The notes beneath the pieces were generated by a model. It ran no database searches, had not been told where the DNA came from, and was given only the letters and a program-made list of their open reading frames with translations. A DNA stretch of 64,000 nucleotides. It comes from Antechinus flavipes. Its lineage: Eukaryota. The DNA is taken from contig NC_067404.1 of the NCBI RefSeq assembly GCF_016432865.1, positions 54,002,001-54,066,000 on the forward strand. Reading direction: 5' to 3'. Made by a program: the position numbers and the translations under genes. Shown here in pieces: positions 23,003 through 36,900 of the stretch; position 1 is the first letter of the stretch; every line of letters starts with the position of its first letter.

Positions 23003-24707
23003 ACAGCACATTTTCAAAGGCTGAAATCATTCTTCTCCTCCAGATAGCAGGCTTCTCTGCTCTTCTAACTCTGGGCCCTGTCAAAATACCAGAAGGGAAA
23101 TCTAGGGCTCTAAGGCTCCACAACAAACGTTTTCATTGAGCTTTTCTTGTTAGGTCAAGGGCTCTCTAAGAACTCTCCTTGGCATTTCTTAAGCTGGTAA
23201 AAACATTCTTCTCATTGGTTCTTGGCTGTAGTAATGAAATCTCAGGAAACAAAGTTTGGCCATGCCCTACCTTCTACTGGTCCCGCTCTATGGGGACAAA
23301 GATTTAGGTCTGAAGTAATTTGGGTATTTTGATTTTTCTGGGATTTAAAATCAGGCCAAATTTTCAACTGAATTTTTAAGGGTTTAGGAATAAAGCCTGG
23401 CCTCAGACATGAGACCTGGGTTCAAGCCCCATCTTTGATACATCCTTGGTGTGAGGCTCTAGGTGAATCACCTAACCTTTCAGTTTCCCTAAAATCATAA
23501 CCTATAGAGCTAATGTTGGACTCCCCTGGTCGAAGGAGTTTCCCTACCCAGAATTCCCTATCCCAATACCAGAATTCATGGGTCTGGCTCAACAAAAGAG
23601 GTAAGAAATGGGATTTTGCTTTTTAATTTACCATGCCACCTGTGGTGCTGACATACGGCTTTGAAGCACTTACTTGCTTGTTTTTTCTGGATATTTTCAA
23701 TAATAAACCCAACACTAACTTTCACATCTTTCCTCACCCTACACTATTTTCAATCAACAGAACTGGTAGCCATTGATGTTTATCTTACTGAAAAGTTACC
23801 TTTTAAAAGTCTAAAGTGTCTTGTAAATGGGAGCTATAAAAAATTTACAAAATGAAAGACTACTGGCGGGAAGGAACTTAATACTTAATTTTAAAAAAAG
23901 TCTTTTGCCTTCAGGAAGGCATTAATCTTTCACAGAAATATAGAAAACTTAAGCCATAATTTCTGGCAAAATTCAAGCCCTATTCCTTAATCACTGTTCA
24001 CTGTGGAATCTATAATTCATTAGGCCTCTTGGTTCTTGAACAAGACTAAATACCCACCTACAAAAGCTGACTAACACTTTATGTTGGGTGGTCTGACACA
24101 ATTGGACTGACCCCTCTAATTTACTCTTGGATGAATCTCTGAAACCTGCAGTCTTTTTATTGACTTCCAGAGTACCTGAAGCTGTCTGGTGCTGGCTGTT
24201 GGACTTTAATAACTTAAAAAATCTCTTTGATTTTTTTGGAACTTTCTGGAATTATTTCCAGATTATGTAAATCCCAAATTATTATTATGATTTTTTAGTA
24301 ACCTAGACAGGCCATTTGGTTGAGAGGGACCTCTATGTGAGATAATTGCCCTCCAAAGTGGTATTTGAAATAATACAAAAGTTTCTAATAATAGATCTGA
24401 CCATTGAATATAATGCTGAATGACTCAGTTTACTTTTCTGACAAAAAGAACAGAAGAATTCCTTCAGAAAAGAAAACCACAGCAATTACATTTCTTTCCA
24501 CTGGCTTTCCTAGCCCCCTCTGAAGAAATCTTGATTTGGCAGCATTTAAATACTTCTAAAGTTAGAAGCCTAATTTTGATTGCCTAAAGCTTCACACTGA
24601 ACCCAGTGTTCAAGTACTAGCATATGTCTATATAAGAGAAACAGAGGAAAGGGTGTAGGGTTTGAATGCAAAAAAAGAGATCTGCTCTTTGGGTAATTGT
24701 TTTTGTC

Positions 24708-24713
24708 TTTAAT
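24708..24713 (-). terminator. NDUFA1: NDUFA1 poly(A) signal (ATTAAA)
   Basis: tttaat = ATTAAA on the minus strand, 65 nt after the stop. Confidence 0.6.
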
Positions 24714-24778
24714 TGCACCAGATAATATATTGTATAAGCATTCAGCAATCACGAAGATAGTAGGTCTCAAACGTCCAC

Positions 24779-24808
24779 TTATGCATCATCCTTTATGTTC
24801 TCCAATCC
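24779..24808 (-). CDS. NDUFA1: NADH:ubiquinone oxidoreductase subunit A1 (MWFE), exon 3
   Basis: ctttttag|GGA TTG GAG AAC ATA AAG GAT GAT GCA TAA = GLENIKDDA*. Confidence 0.9.
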   Translation of the reverse strand, partial: GLENIKDDA

Positions 24809-25434
24809 CTAAAAAGTTTAAAGGAGAAAGAAATGTGAATCCCATTGTCTCTGAGGAAAGGTCAGCATTACTCACTTCTAACTCTTTCTACAAAGCAACT
24901 ATCACTCTCTGCTTACATTTATGTTGAAGCAAAAACCAGTCAGTTATAATTTAAACATATATCATTACACATGATAATATAACACGTAATTTTGGCAATC
25001 AAAGATCCTGTTTCCAAAAGGGCTCATAGAAACTTTCAAATGGACACATGCTAAGTGATGAAACAAGTGGATAAAGCCCAGTGAGCAGAGCGCTGGCCTC
25101 CAGGAAAATCTGGACTTGAGAGTCCCCTTAGCTGTTTAGTGCCTATGGGAGCCTGCACAAGTTGCTTAACCTCTCAATGCTCCAGGACTATGAACTGCAG
25201 AGAAGTGTAGATCTTACACTTAGATCTATATAGATAAAGGGGGGGGGGGGGGGGAGAGGATTTCCTTACCTGGAAGGTATATAAGGTATATATTAGAGTG
25301 AATTCCCAGGTACAGTCCCTAGTACTATAGAAATACTTAAGTTATGAAACAAAATAAGCTCTTTCTAAAAGGAATCAGGGCCTTCATATATCATTATATC
25401 TGGGACAATAAATCTAGCTGTTAAAATAAAGACA

Positions 25435-25980
25435 TGATCCAGCAGTGTTACTACTGGACTTATATCCCAAAGAGATCTTAAAGGAGAGAAAGGGACCCAC
25501 ATGTGCAAAAATGTTTGTAGCAGCCTTTTTTTGTAGTGGCTAGAAATTGGAAATTGGATGGATGCCCACCAGTTGGAGAATGGCTGGGTAAATTGTAGTA
25601 TATGAATGTTATGAAATATTATTGCTGTATAAGAAATGATCAGTAGGATGATTTCAGAAAGGCTTGGAGAGACTTGTATGAACTGATACTGAGTGAAATG
25701 AACAGAACCAGGATCTCATTATACACGGCAACAAGAAGATTATATGATGATCAATTCTGATGGATGTGGTTCTCTTCAACAATGAGATGATTCAAACCAG
25801 TTCTAATTGTTCAGTGATGAAGAGAGCCATCTACACTCAGAGAGAGGACCATGGGAACTGAGTGTGGACCACAATATAGCATTTTCACTCTTTTTGTTGT
25901 TGGGTTGGTTTTTTATTTTTTTGCTTTTTATTTTTTGCATTTTATTTTGCTTTTCTCTCTTTTTTTAAAAACTGGTTTGA
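25435..25980 (+). mobile_element. L1 ORF2 C-terminal fragment plus 3' UTR in NDUFA1 intron 2 (antisense to the gene)
   Basis: Translates with disablements to DPAVLLLDLYPKEILKERKGPTCAKMFVAA..NWKLDGCPPVGEWLGKL.YMNVMKYYC, typical of the L1 ORF2p end. Confidence 0.9.
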
Positions 25981-27539
25981 CAATGTGTCCCTTAGAATTT
26001 TTTCCTCAAGTGGTGGCCACATAGATGCTGGACCTCATTGGAGTGTATACTCCAATCCTCCAATCCAATCGAGAAATTCTATGTTGTGGATTAAAATTAA
26101 ACTAAATCTCTAGTTTCTTAAATGGTATTTGACATGACTGAAATGGTTCTTCCAGGAGAAAAGTGATTCAGATTATTCCCTTTGGCAGATTTGTTCAATT
26201 AGTTGAATTAGAATATTATTTCCAAGTCATGAGGAGCAGCTTTAGGCTTGACAATGTTGAAAAAAAAATAAAAAGTGATGTGATCAAAAAAATCAGCCAC
26301 TGGGGGGCAGAAATCCTACCTTAAAAAAAAAAATTAAATTTAAAATTAAAAAAGAAAAGAAAAGAAAAAAAAAAGCTTTACCTAATAACAATTTACTATT
26401 TATAACATTCCTCCTAGTCTCTCCTCTCTATGGCAAGGCTCCGTGATTTGTCCAGAATTAAAAAAAAATATGAATTGGAAGGGACCTGAGCCACGTAGCC
26501 TAAAGCATACTCCAAAGGAATCTCCGCAATAATACAATGGACAAGTAGTCTGAAGACCACCAAGGAAAGGACAGTCCATTCTACCTTGGGACAGCTCAAA
26601 TGTCAGAAAAGAGTTCCTATCACCTCACCTAAACTGGCTTATTTGCATCCTCCTGCCACTGCTGCTAGTTCTGTCTTCTGAAGCCCCACAGGACAAGGCC
26701 AATTCTGCCTCCATGTGACAAATGGCCCTTCCAAACTTAAAGAATCATGTCCTCTAATCACGTCCCCCACGCTTTGTCTTCTCTGGGTCAAACACAGCTT
26801 ATGGTTGCCGTGGCCTTCTACAGTTAGAGATCCAAGCTGCTACCTCAGAGTCACTGACTAATAGACTAAAGATTCCTCTGAAGATTACCACTGTTAATAA
26901 CCAAACAAACAAAAACCATATGAAGATTACCACTGTTAAGATTAGATGATTGTGAACAATGATTTCAACTGTACACCATGACTTAGTTTAGGCAGCAACC
27001 TCCCAGAAAAAGAATCAAGATATGTTTATGTAGCATTCTATATATATTCTTTTCATGTGATTCCTAAAACAACTCTGTGAGACAGACAGTGCATGTATTA
27101 TTAGTCTCCTGTGGTGAGAACTGAAATTCAAAGAGAAGAAAAAACTTGTATTTCAGTCATTAAATGGGCAAACTGGACTTTGAGCCTAGCTCTCTGAAAT
27201 TCAAGGCCAGGACTCTTCCAAATGCACCCTGGATTGCCTTTCTCCAAACAGAAGGTGACCCTACTTGCTTAGGTTACTTAAAAAATCAAAACCAAAACCC
27301 CATCAGTTTCCTTCAGATTTGGGCCTACATCTTCCTTAGGTTTCATTCTTCATTCACTGTTCCTAGAGTGCTTATAAAGTTATCAAAGCTAGACTGAAGG
27401 TGGAGGAATTCTGCCTTCTAAATGGTGGTAAGGGTCCCCAGATTCGTCTGAGTTGTCATATTTTCCAGAAACACTGGACCTAGAGCATGCAGAAGGCCTT
27501 AAATGACTCAGGAATAAAAGGGTCTCCCCCCAGTTAACA

Positions 27540-28206
27540 TAATGTGATGTTTGCATCCCAAAGTGGACTCCCTGTGTGTCCTTGGGAGTTAAGAGAGGTG
27601 CCCAGTCTCCATTAGACTAGAAAATTGCTTTTGCAGGTGGGACCCTTAAAGAGAAGCAGAATGTCCTATCTTCAGAGTCTAACAGGTCCTAAGGGAAAAG
27701 AATGAGGCTTTAGGGGCAGCTAGTTGGTGTAGTAGACAGACCACCAGCCCTGAAGTCAGGAGGACCTGAGTTCAAATCTGCCCTCAGACACTTAACACTT
27801 CCTGGCTGTGTGACCCTGAGCAAGTCAGTTAACCCCAAATGCCTCAGCAAAAAAAATGAATAAATAAATAAAAAGAATGAGGCTTTTGCTGTAACCTTGT
27901 TCTTTGCCCTAAGGAAGGATTTAGTCCTTTTCCCATCTTTACTTCACCTTTCCCCCCACATCCTTTTAAGTAGAGTTTTCTGGTATCCCTTCCTTCCTTT
28001 CTTCTGCTGTCATAAAAACACAAACTTCTGCATGGATAGTGAACTCTTTAGGTTCCACACTCATGTTCATTTCTTTTGTAATAAACCTAATTTTCACCAA
28101 AGTTTCATGCACTTGTGATTGCCTATTGACAACGGTCAGTCTGGAACCGGGTAACGATCCCAGGCTGGTGAGACACTGGACCCTTAGTGTGTTGTGAGGA
28201 ATTTCA
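27540..28206 (+). mobile_element. Possible LTR-like element hosting a nested SINE
   Basis: LTR-like composition with tgtaataaacc and a ...tttca end. No TSD found, so class and boundaries are uncertain. Confidence 0.35.
27712..27870 (+). mobile_element. Full-length young WSINE1-type SINE
   Basis: Intact head with A/B-box-like motifs (gagttcaaatc), A/(TAAA)n tail and a perfect 16-bp TSD aaaagaatgaggcttt (27696-27711, 27871-27886). Confidence 0.92.
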
Positions 28207-28378
28207 GTGTGTCCTGGTCAGAACTGGAAGCTGCAAACTACCTTACCTAGAGACCCTGAAATCACAAGTTATGGTCTCTCACACCACTCAATCAACCCAA
28301 AGATCCCTCCAGGGTAAGACACTTTCAAAATGAATCCAACCACCAACCGGGACATGTGGACAGCAGGACAAATTTTAC

Positions 28379-28468
28379 CTTAGATTCATAATAACGATGG
28401 AATCCAGAGATCCTCCTGTCCCTTTCCAGTAGACTCCACTGGTATCGATTACGGGCAATTCTCTTTTC
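28379..28468 (-). CDS. NDUFA1: NDUFA1 exon 2 (90 nt)
   Basis: cttcatag|GAA AAG AGA...TCT AAG|gtaaaa, [30 protein letters not shown]. Confidence 0.95.
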
Positions 28469-29376
28469 CTATGAAGAGAGCAATATCATTACACTGCAGT
28501 TCAAATGGCCCAGTGATGAGAAATTAGAAAGTGGAAGAGAAACATTCAAAAACTATCACAGAGATCAAACAAAAGAAGGAAGAGCATGAAGTCTAGAAAG
28601 AAAAACCAGACGACTAGACTTCAAAATTAAGAAAAGATGAGGGGTATGTTACGAGGGGATGAATATTAGGAGTCAAAAAAGCTAATGATTTAATTCACAG
28701 AACTTCTCAGTTCTTAGTCTTGATGGGGGGAGGGAAGGGAGAGAAACATCTTTTTATAGAGTAGCATTTATAATGTAGATATATTAACAATAGTATATAC
28801 ATAATAGAGATATAGCAATAATAATAGCTAATATTTAACTGTGCCCAGGCACTGTGCTAAACACTTGACAAATATTATCCTGTTTGATCCTCAAAATAAC
28901 CCTGATGACTTGCCCAGGGTCACACAGCTACTAAGTACCTGAGACCGAATTTAAACACAGATCTTCTTGATTTCAGGTCTATCCATTGTGCCACCTCCAT
29001 CTATCTTGTCTGTTTATAGTACTCACATTTCCCAAAAGCTATTCATGGAAAGCGCACTGGACTTGGAATCAGAGGGCTTAGATTGAATACCTGTATGCCC
29101 TCGGATATCACGTCTTCCTCGGTAAAAGGAAGGGGAGAGGGGGATCGAATTAGATAGACCCCGGTCCTTTCCAGCTCTAATTTTAAGGATCCTGTGGGTG
29201 ACCAGAAACAAGCCCTTTCCCTTCACTGCGTCTGTTTCCTCCTCGGTCCCTTCCAGCTCGAGAGCACGAAGCTCGTCAACTCCCTTCCCTTCCCCTCCGG
29301 GGCCAAGAACTAGCTCTGGATCTCCCCGGGTCCCAGCTCGGGCTTGCCGGGCCGTTGACGGGTAGCAGAGACCTAC

Positions 29377-29478
29377 CTTGCCCCCATTGGTGTACTTCTG
29401 GATGAGAGTGGTGCTAATTCCCGGAACCGTCAGACATACGGCCATGACCGCCAGACCCGGAAGAATTTCAAACCACAT
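29377..29478 (-). CDS. NDUFA1: NDUFA1 exon 1 coding part (102 nt)
   Basis: [34 protein letters not shown]|gtaggt; diagnostic MWFE N-terminus. Confidence 0.97.
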
Positions 29479-30779
<1,301 letters not shown>

Positions 30780-30797
30780 ACCTAGTGAAACTAGAAG

Positions 30798-30803
30798 AAT
30801 AAA
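30798..30803 (+). terminator. RNF113A: RNF113A poly(A) signal
   Basis: AATAAA 18 nt after the stop, followed by gttgctcttttc. Confidence 0.75.
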
Positions 30804-30904
30804 GTTGCTCTTTTCAAAGTTCGACCTGAGTGGAAATTGTTGATTGCAGGGGCGCCTGGGGGGGAGGGGGGAGGGGGAAAGAGGAAGGAGTGGAGGGAAA
30901 ACAA

Positions 30905-33900
30905 TAGGGAAGCTTGGATTGTCTGGTGTCCCTTTTGGCTAAACGGTGGGGAATGGGGGGAGGGGGATAGTTTGCATTGTCTGGTATCCATCCTGGCTAA
31001 ACTTGGCTGGGGGGGAGGGGCCCTTAGATTAGCCTTGTATTCACTCTAGCTAAATTGAGCTACATTTGGGGGGCCCTTGGATTTGCCTGTTATCCCTTCT
31101 GGCTAAATTGAGCTCCAGTTGGGGGCCCCATGGATTTGCCTGGTACCCATGATTTCTGGTGAAACTGGGGTGGAGGTGGACCTGTTTACCCTTCTGGCTA
31201 AATTGAGCTAGAATTGGGGGGAGCTTGGATTTTCCTGGTATCAAAAAAAAAAAAAAAAGATTTACCTGGTATCCCTTCTGGCTAAATTGAACTGGGGTGG
31301 GGGGCCCTTGGATTTGCCTCTTATTCATTCTGGCTAAATTGGGCTAGAGTTGGGGGGGGACTAGAGTATTTACCTGGTACCCATGATTTCTGGTGAAACT
31401 GGGGTGGAGGTGGACCTGTTTTCCCTTCTGGATAAATTAAGTTAGAATTGGGGGCCCCTTGGGTTTGCCTTGTATTCATTCTGGCTAAATTGAGCTAGAG
31501 TTGGGGGGCCCTTGAACTTGCCTGTTATCCCTTCTGGCTAAATTGAGCTAGAGTTGGGGGGAGCTTGGATTTGCCTGGTACCCATGATTTCTGGTGAAAC
31601 TGGGGTGGAGGTGGACCTGTTTTCCCTTCTGGATAAATTGAGCTAGAATTGGGGGCCCCTTGGATTTGCCTTGTATTCATTTTGGCTAAATTGAGCTAGA
31701 GTTGGGGGGCCCTTGGACTTGCCTGTTATCCCTTCTGGCTAAATTGAGCTAGAATTGGGGAGAGCTTGGATTTGCCTGCTATCCCTTTTGGCTAAATTGA
31801 GCTGGGGTTGGGGGGAGCTTAGATTTGCCTGGTATTCACTCTGGCTAAATTGAACTAGATTTGGGGGGCCCTTGGATTTGTTTAGTATCCCTTCTGGCTA
31901 AATTGAACTAGAATTGGGGGGAGCTAAGATTTACCTGATATGAAAAAAAAAAGAGATTTACCTGGTATCCCTTCTGGCTAAATTAAGCTGGAGTTGGGGG
32001 GAGCTTGGATTTGCCTGGTATTCATTCTGGCTAAATTGAACTAGAGTTGGGGGGCCCTTGGATTTGCCTGGTATCAAAAAAAAAAGATTTACCTGGTATC
32101 CCTTCTGGCTAAATTGAGCTAGGGTGGGGGGGCCCTTGGATTTGCTTAGTATCCCTTCTGGCTAAATTGAACTAGAATTGGGGGGAGCTAAGATTTACCT
32201 GGTATCCAAAAAAAAAAAAGATTTACCTGGTATCCCTTCTGGCTAAATTGAACTAGAATTGGGGGGAGCTAAGATTTACCTGGTATGAAAAAAAAAAAGA
32301 CTTACCTGGTATCCCTTCTGGCTAAATTGAACTGGGGTGGGGGGGCCCTTGGATTTGCCTCTTATTCATTCTGGCTAAATTGGGCTAGAGTTGGGGGGGG
32401 GCTAGAGTATTTACCTGGTACCCATGATTTCTAGTGAAACTGGGGTGGATGTGGACCTGGTATCCCTTCTGGATAAATTGAGCTAGAATTGGGGGCCCCT
32501 TGGATTTGCCTTGTATTCATTCTGGCTAAATTGAGCTACAGTTGGGGGGCCCTTGGACTTGCCTGTTATCCCTTCTGGCTAAATTGAGCTAGAGTTGGGG
32601 GGAGCTTGGATTTGCCTGGTACCCATGATTTCTGGTGAAACTGGGGTGGAGATGGACCTGTTTTCCCTTCTGGCTAAATTGAGCTAGAATTGGGGAGAGC
32701 TTAGATTTTGCCTGTTATCCCTTCTGGGTAAGTTGAGCTGGGGTTGGGGGGAGCTTGGATTTGCCTGGTATTCATTCTGGCTAAATTGAACTAGATTTGG
32801 GGGGCCCTTGGATTTGTCTGGTACCCATGATTTCTTGTGAAACTGGGGAAGAGGTGGACCTGGTATCCCTTCTGGCTAAATTGAGCTAGAGTTGGGGGGC
32901 CCTTTGATTTTCCTGGTATCCCTTCTGGCTAAATTGAACTAGAATTGTGGGGAGCTAAGATTTACCTGGTATCCCCCCCAAAAAAAATATTTACCTGGTA
33001 TCCCTTCTGGCTAAATTGAGCTAGAGTTGGGGGGCCCTTGGATTTGCCTGGTATCCTTTCTGGCTAAATTGAATTAGAATTGGGGAGAGCTAAGATTTAC
33101 CTGGTATCCAAAAAAAAAAAGATTTACCTGGTATCCCTTCTGGCTAAATTGAACTGGGGTGGGGGGTCCTTGGATTTGCCTCTTATTCATTCTGGCTAAA
33201 TTGGGCTAGAGTTGGGGGGGCTAGAGTATTTACCTGGTACCCATGATTTCTGGTGAAATTGGGGTGGAGGTGGACCTGTTTTCCCTTCTGGATAAATTGA
33301 GCTAGAATTGGGGGCCCCTTGGATTTGCCTTGTATTCATTCTGGCTAAATTGAGCTACAGTTGGGGGGCCCTTGGACTTGCCTGTTATCCCTTCTGGCTA
33401 AATTGAGCTAGAATTGGGGAGAGCTTGGACTTGCCTGCTATCCCTTTTGGCTAAATTGAGCTGGGGTTGGGGGGAGCTTAGATTTGCCTGGTATTCACTC
33501 TGGCTAAATTGAACTAGATTTGGGGGGCCCTTGGATTTGCTTAGTATCCCTTCTGGCTAAATTGAACTAGAATTGGGGGGAGCTAAGATTTACCTGGTAT
33601 GAAAAAAAAAAAAAAGATTTACCTGGTATCCCTTCTGGCTAAATTAAGCTAGAGTTGGGGGGAGCTTGGATTTGCCTGGTACCCATGATTTCTGGTGAAA
33701 CTGGGGTGGAGATGGACCTGTTTTCCCTTCTGGATAAATTGAGCTAGAATTGGGGGCCCCTTGGATTTGCCTTGTATCCCTTCTGGCTAAATTGAGCTTG
33801 AATTGGGGGGAGCTTGGATTTGCCTTGTATCCCTTCTGGCTAAATTGAGCTAGAATTGGGGAGAGCTTGGATTTGCCTGCTATCCCTTCTGGCTAAATTG

Positions 33901-36900
33901 AGCTAGAATTGGGGGGAGCTTAGATTTTGCCTGTTATCCCTTCTGGCTAAATTGAGCTAGAATTGGGGGAAGCTTAGATTTACCTAGTACCCATGATTTC
34001 TAGTGAAAGTGAGGTGGAGGTGGACCTGCTATCCCTTCTGGCTAAATTAGAGTTGGGGGGCCCTTGAATTTGCCTGATATCCTTTCTGGCTAAATTGAGC
34101 TAGAGTTGGGGGGCCCTTTGATTTTCCTGGTATCCCTTCTGGTTAAATTGAGCTAGAGCTGGGGGGCCCTTGGACTTGCCTGTTATCCCTTCTGGCTAAA
34201 TTGAGCTAGAATTGGGGGGAGCTTAGATTTTGCCTGTTATCCCTTCTGGCTAAATTGAGCTGGGGTTGGGGGGAGCTTGGATTTGCCTGGTATTCACTCT
34301 GGCTAAATTGAACTAGATTTGGGGGGCCCTTATATTTGCCTGGTACCCATGATTTCTGGTGAAACTGGGGTAGAGGTGGACCTGGTATCCCTTCTGGCTA
34401 AATTGAACTGGGGTGGGGGGGGGGCGGCCCTTGGATTTGCCTCTTATTCATTCTGGCTAAATTGGGCTAGAGTTGGGGGGGCTAGAGTAATTTACCTGGT
34501 ACCCATGATTTCTGGTGAAACTGGGGTGGAGGTGGACCTGTTTTCCCTTCTGGATAAATTGAGCTGGAATTGGGGGCCCCTTGGATTTGCCTTGTATTCA
34601 TTCTGGCTAAATTGAGCTAGAGTTGGGGGGCCCTTGGATTTGCCTGCTATCCCTTCTGGCTAAATTGAGCTAGAATTGGGGGGAGCTTAGATTTTGCCTG
34701 TTATCCCTTCTGGGTAAATTGAGCTGGGGTTGGGGGGAGCTTAGATTTGCCTGGTATTCACTCTGGCTAAATTGAACTAGAATTGGGGGGAGCTTGGATT
34801 TGCCTGGTATCAAAAAAAAAAAAGATTTACCTGGTATCCCTTCTGGCTAAATTGAACTGGGGCGGGGGGGCCCCTTGGATTTGCCTCTTATTCATTCTGG
34901 CTAAATTGGGCTAGAGTTGGGGGGGGACTAGAGTATTTACCTGGTACCCATGATTTCTGGTGAAACTGGGGTGGAGGTGGACCTGTTTTCCCTTCTGGAT
35001 AAATTAAGTTAGAATTGGGGGCCCCTTGGGTTTGCCTTGTATTCATTCTGGCTAAATTGAGCTAGAGTTGGGGGGCCCTTGAACTTGCCTGTTATCCCTT
35101 CTGGCTAAATTGAGCTAGAGTTGGGGGGAGCTTGGATTTGCCTGCTATCCCTTTTGGCTAAATTGAGCTGGGGTTGGGGGGAGCTTAGATTTGCCTGGTA
35201 TTCACTCTGGCTAAATTGAACTAGAGTTGGGGGGGCCCTTGGATTTGTTTAGTATCCCTTCTGGCTAAATTGAACTAGAATTGGGGGGAGCTAAGATTTA
35301 CCTGATATGAAAAAAAAAAGAGATTTACCTGGTATCCCTTCTGGCTAAATTAAGCTGGAGTTGGGGGGAGCTTGGATTTGCCTGGTATTCATTCTGGCTA
35401 AATTGAACTAGATTTGGGGGGCCCTTGGATTTGTCTGGTACCCATGATTTCTTGTGAAACTGGGGAAGAGGTGTACCTGGTATCCCTTCTGGCTAAATTG
35501 AGCTAGAGTTGGGGGGCCCTTTGATTTTCCTGGTATCCCTTCTGGCTAAATTGAACTAGAATTGTGGGGAGCTAAGATTTACCTGGTATCCCCCCCAAAA
35601 AAATATTTACCTGGTATCCCTTCTGGCTAAATTGAGCTAGAGTTGGGGGGCCCTTGGATTTGCCTGGTATCCTTTCTGGCTAAATTGAATTAGAATTGGG
35701 GGGAGCTTATCCCTTTTGGCTAAATTGAGCTGGGGTTGGGGAGAGCTAAGATTTACCTGGTATCCAAAAAAAAAAAAAGATTTTCCTGGTATCCCTTCTG
35801 GCTAAATTGAACTGGGGTGGGGGGGCCCTTGGATTTGCCTCTTATTCATTCTGGCTAAATTGGGCTAGAGTTGGGGGGGCTAGAGTATTTACCTGGTACC
35901 CATGATTTCTGGTGAAACTGGGGTGGAGGTGGACCTGTTTTCCCTTCTGGATAAATTAAGTTAGAATTGGGGGCCCCTTGGGTTTGCCTTGTATTCATTC
36001 TGGCTAAATTGAGCTAGAGTTGGGGGGCCCTTGAACTTGCCTGTTATCCCTTCTGGCTAAATTGAGCTAGAGTTGGGGGGAGCTTGGATTTGCCTGGTAC
36101 CCATGATTTCTGGTGAAACTGGGGTGGAGGTGGACCTGTTTTCCCTTCTGGATAAATTGAGCTAGAATTGGGGGCCCTTGGATTTGCCTTGTATTCATTC
36201 TGGCTAAATTGAGCTAGAGTTGGGGGGCCCTTGGACTTGCCTGTTATCCCTTCTGGCTAAATTGAGCTAGAATTGGGGAGAGCTTGGATTTGCCTGCTAT
36301 CCCTTTTGGCTAAATTGAGCTGGGGTTGGGGGGAGCTTAGATTTGCCTGGTATTCACTCTGGCTAAATTGAACTAGATTTGGGGGGCCCTTGGATTTGCT
36401 TAGTATCCCTTCTGGCTAAATTGAACTAGAATTGGGGGGAGCTAAGATTTACCTACTGTGAAAAAAAAAAGAGATTTACCTGGTATCCCTTCTGGCTAAA
36501 TTAAGCTGGAGTTGGGGGGAGCTTGGATTTGCCTGGTATTCATTCTGGCTAAATTGAGGTAGAGTTGGGGGGCCCTTGGATTTGCCTGGTACCCATGATT
36601 TCTTGTGAAACTGGGGTAGAGGTGGACCTGGTATCCCTTCTGGCTAAATTGATCTAGAGTTGGGGGGCCCTTTGATTTTCCTGGTATCCCTTCTGTCTAA
36701 ATTGAACTAGAATTGGAGGGAGCTAAGATTTACCTGGTATCCCCCCCAAAAAAAATATTTACCTGGTATCCCTTCTGGCTAAATTGAGCTAGAGTTGGGG
36801 GGGCCTTGGATTTGCCTGGTATCCTTTCTGGCTAAATTGAATTAGAATTGGGGGGAGCTAAGATTTACCTAGTATGAAAAAAAAAAGACTTACCTGGCAT

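Noticed and set aside
23880-24560. Possible ERV internal fragment
   Set aside because: No gag/pol/env motif could be recovered in any frame by eye, so it was left unannotated.
28330-28470. Initially read as a retroviral gag-like segment after an LTR
   Set aside because: The reverse complement is NDUFA1 exon 2.
34319-34615. 98-aa ORF inside the array
   Set aside because: A chance open frame across repeat monomers with a non-ATG start. Neighbouring copies are closed by TAA.
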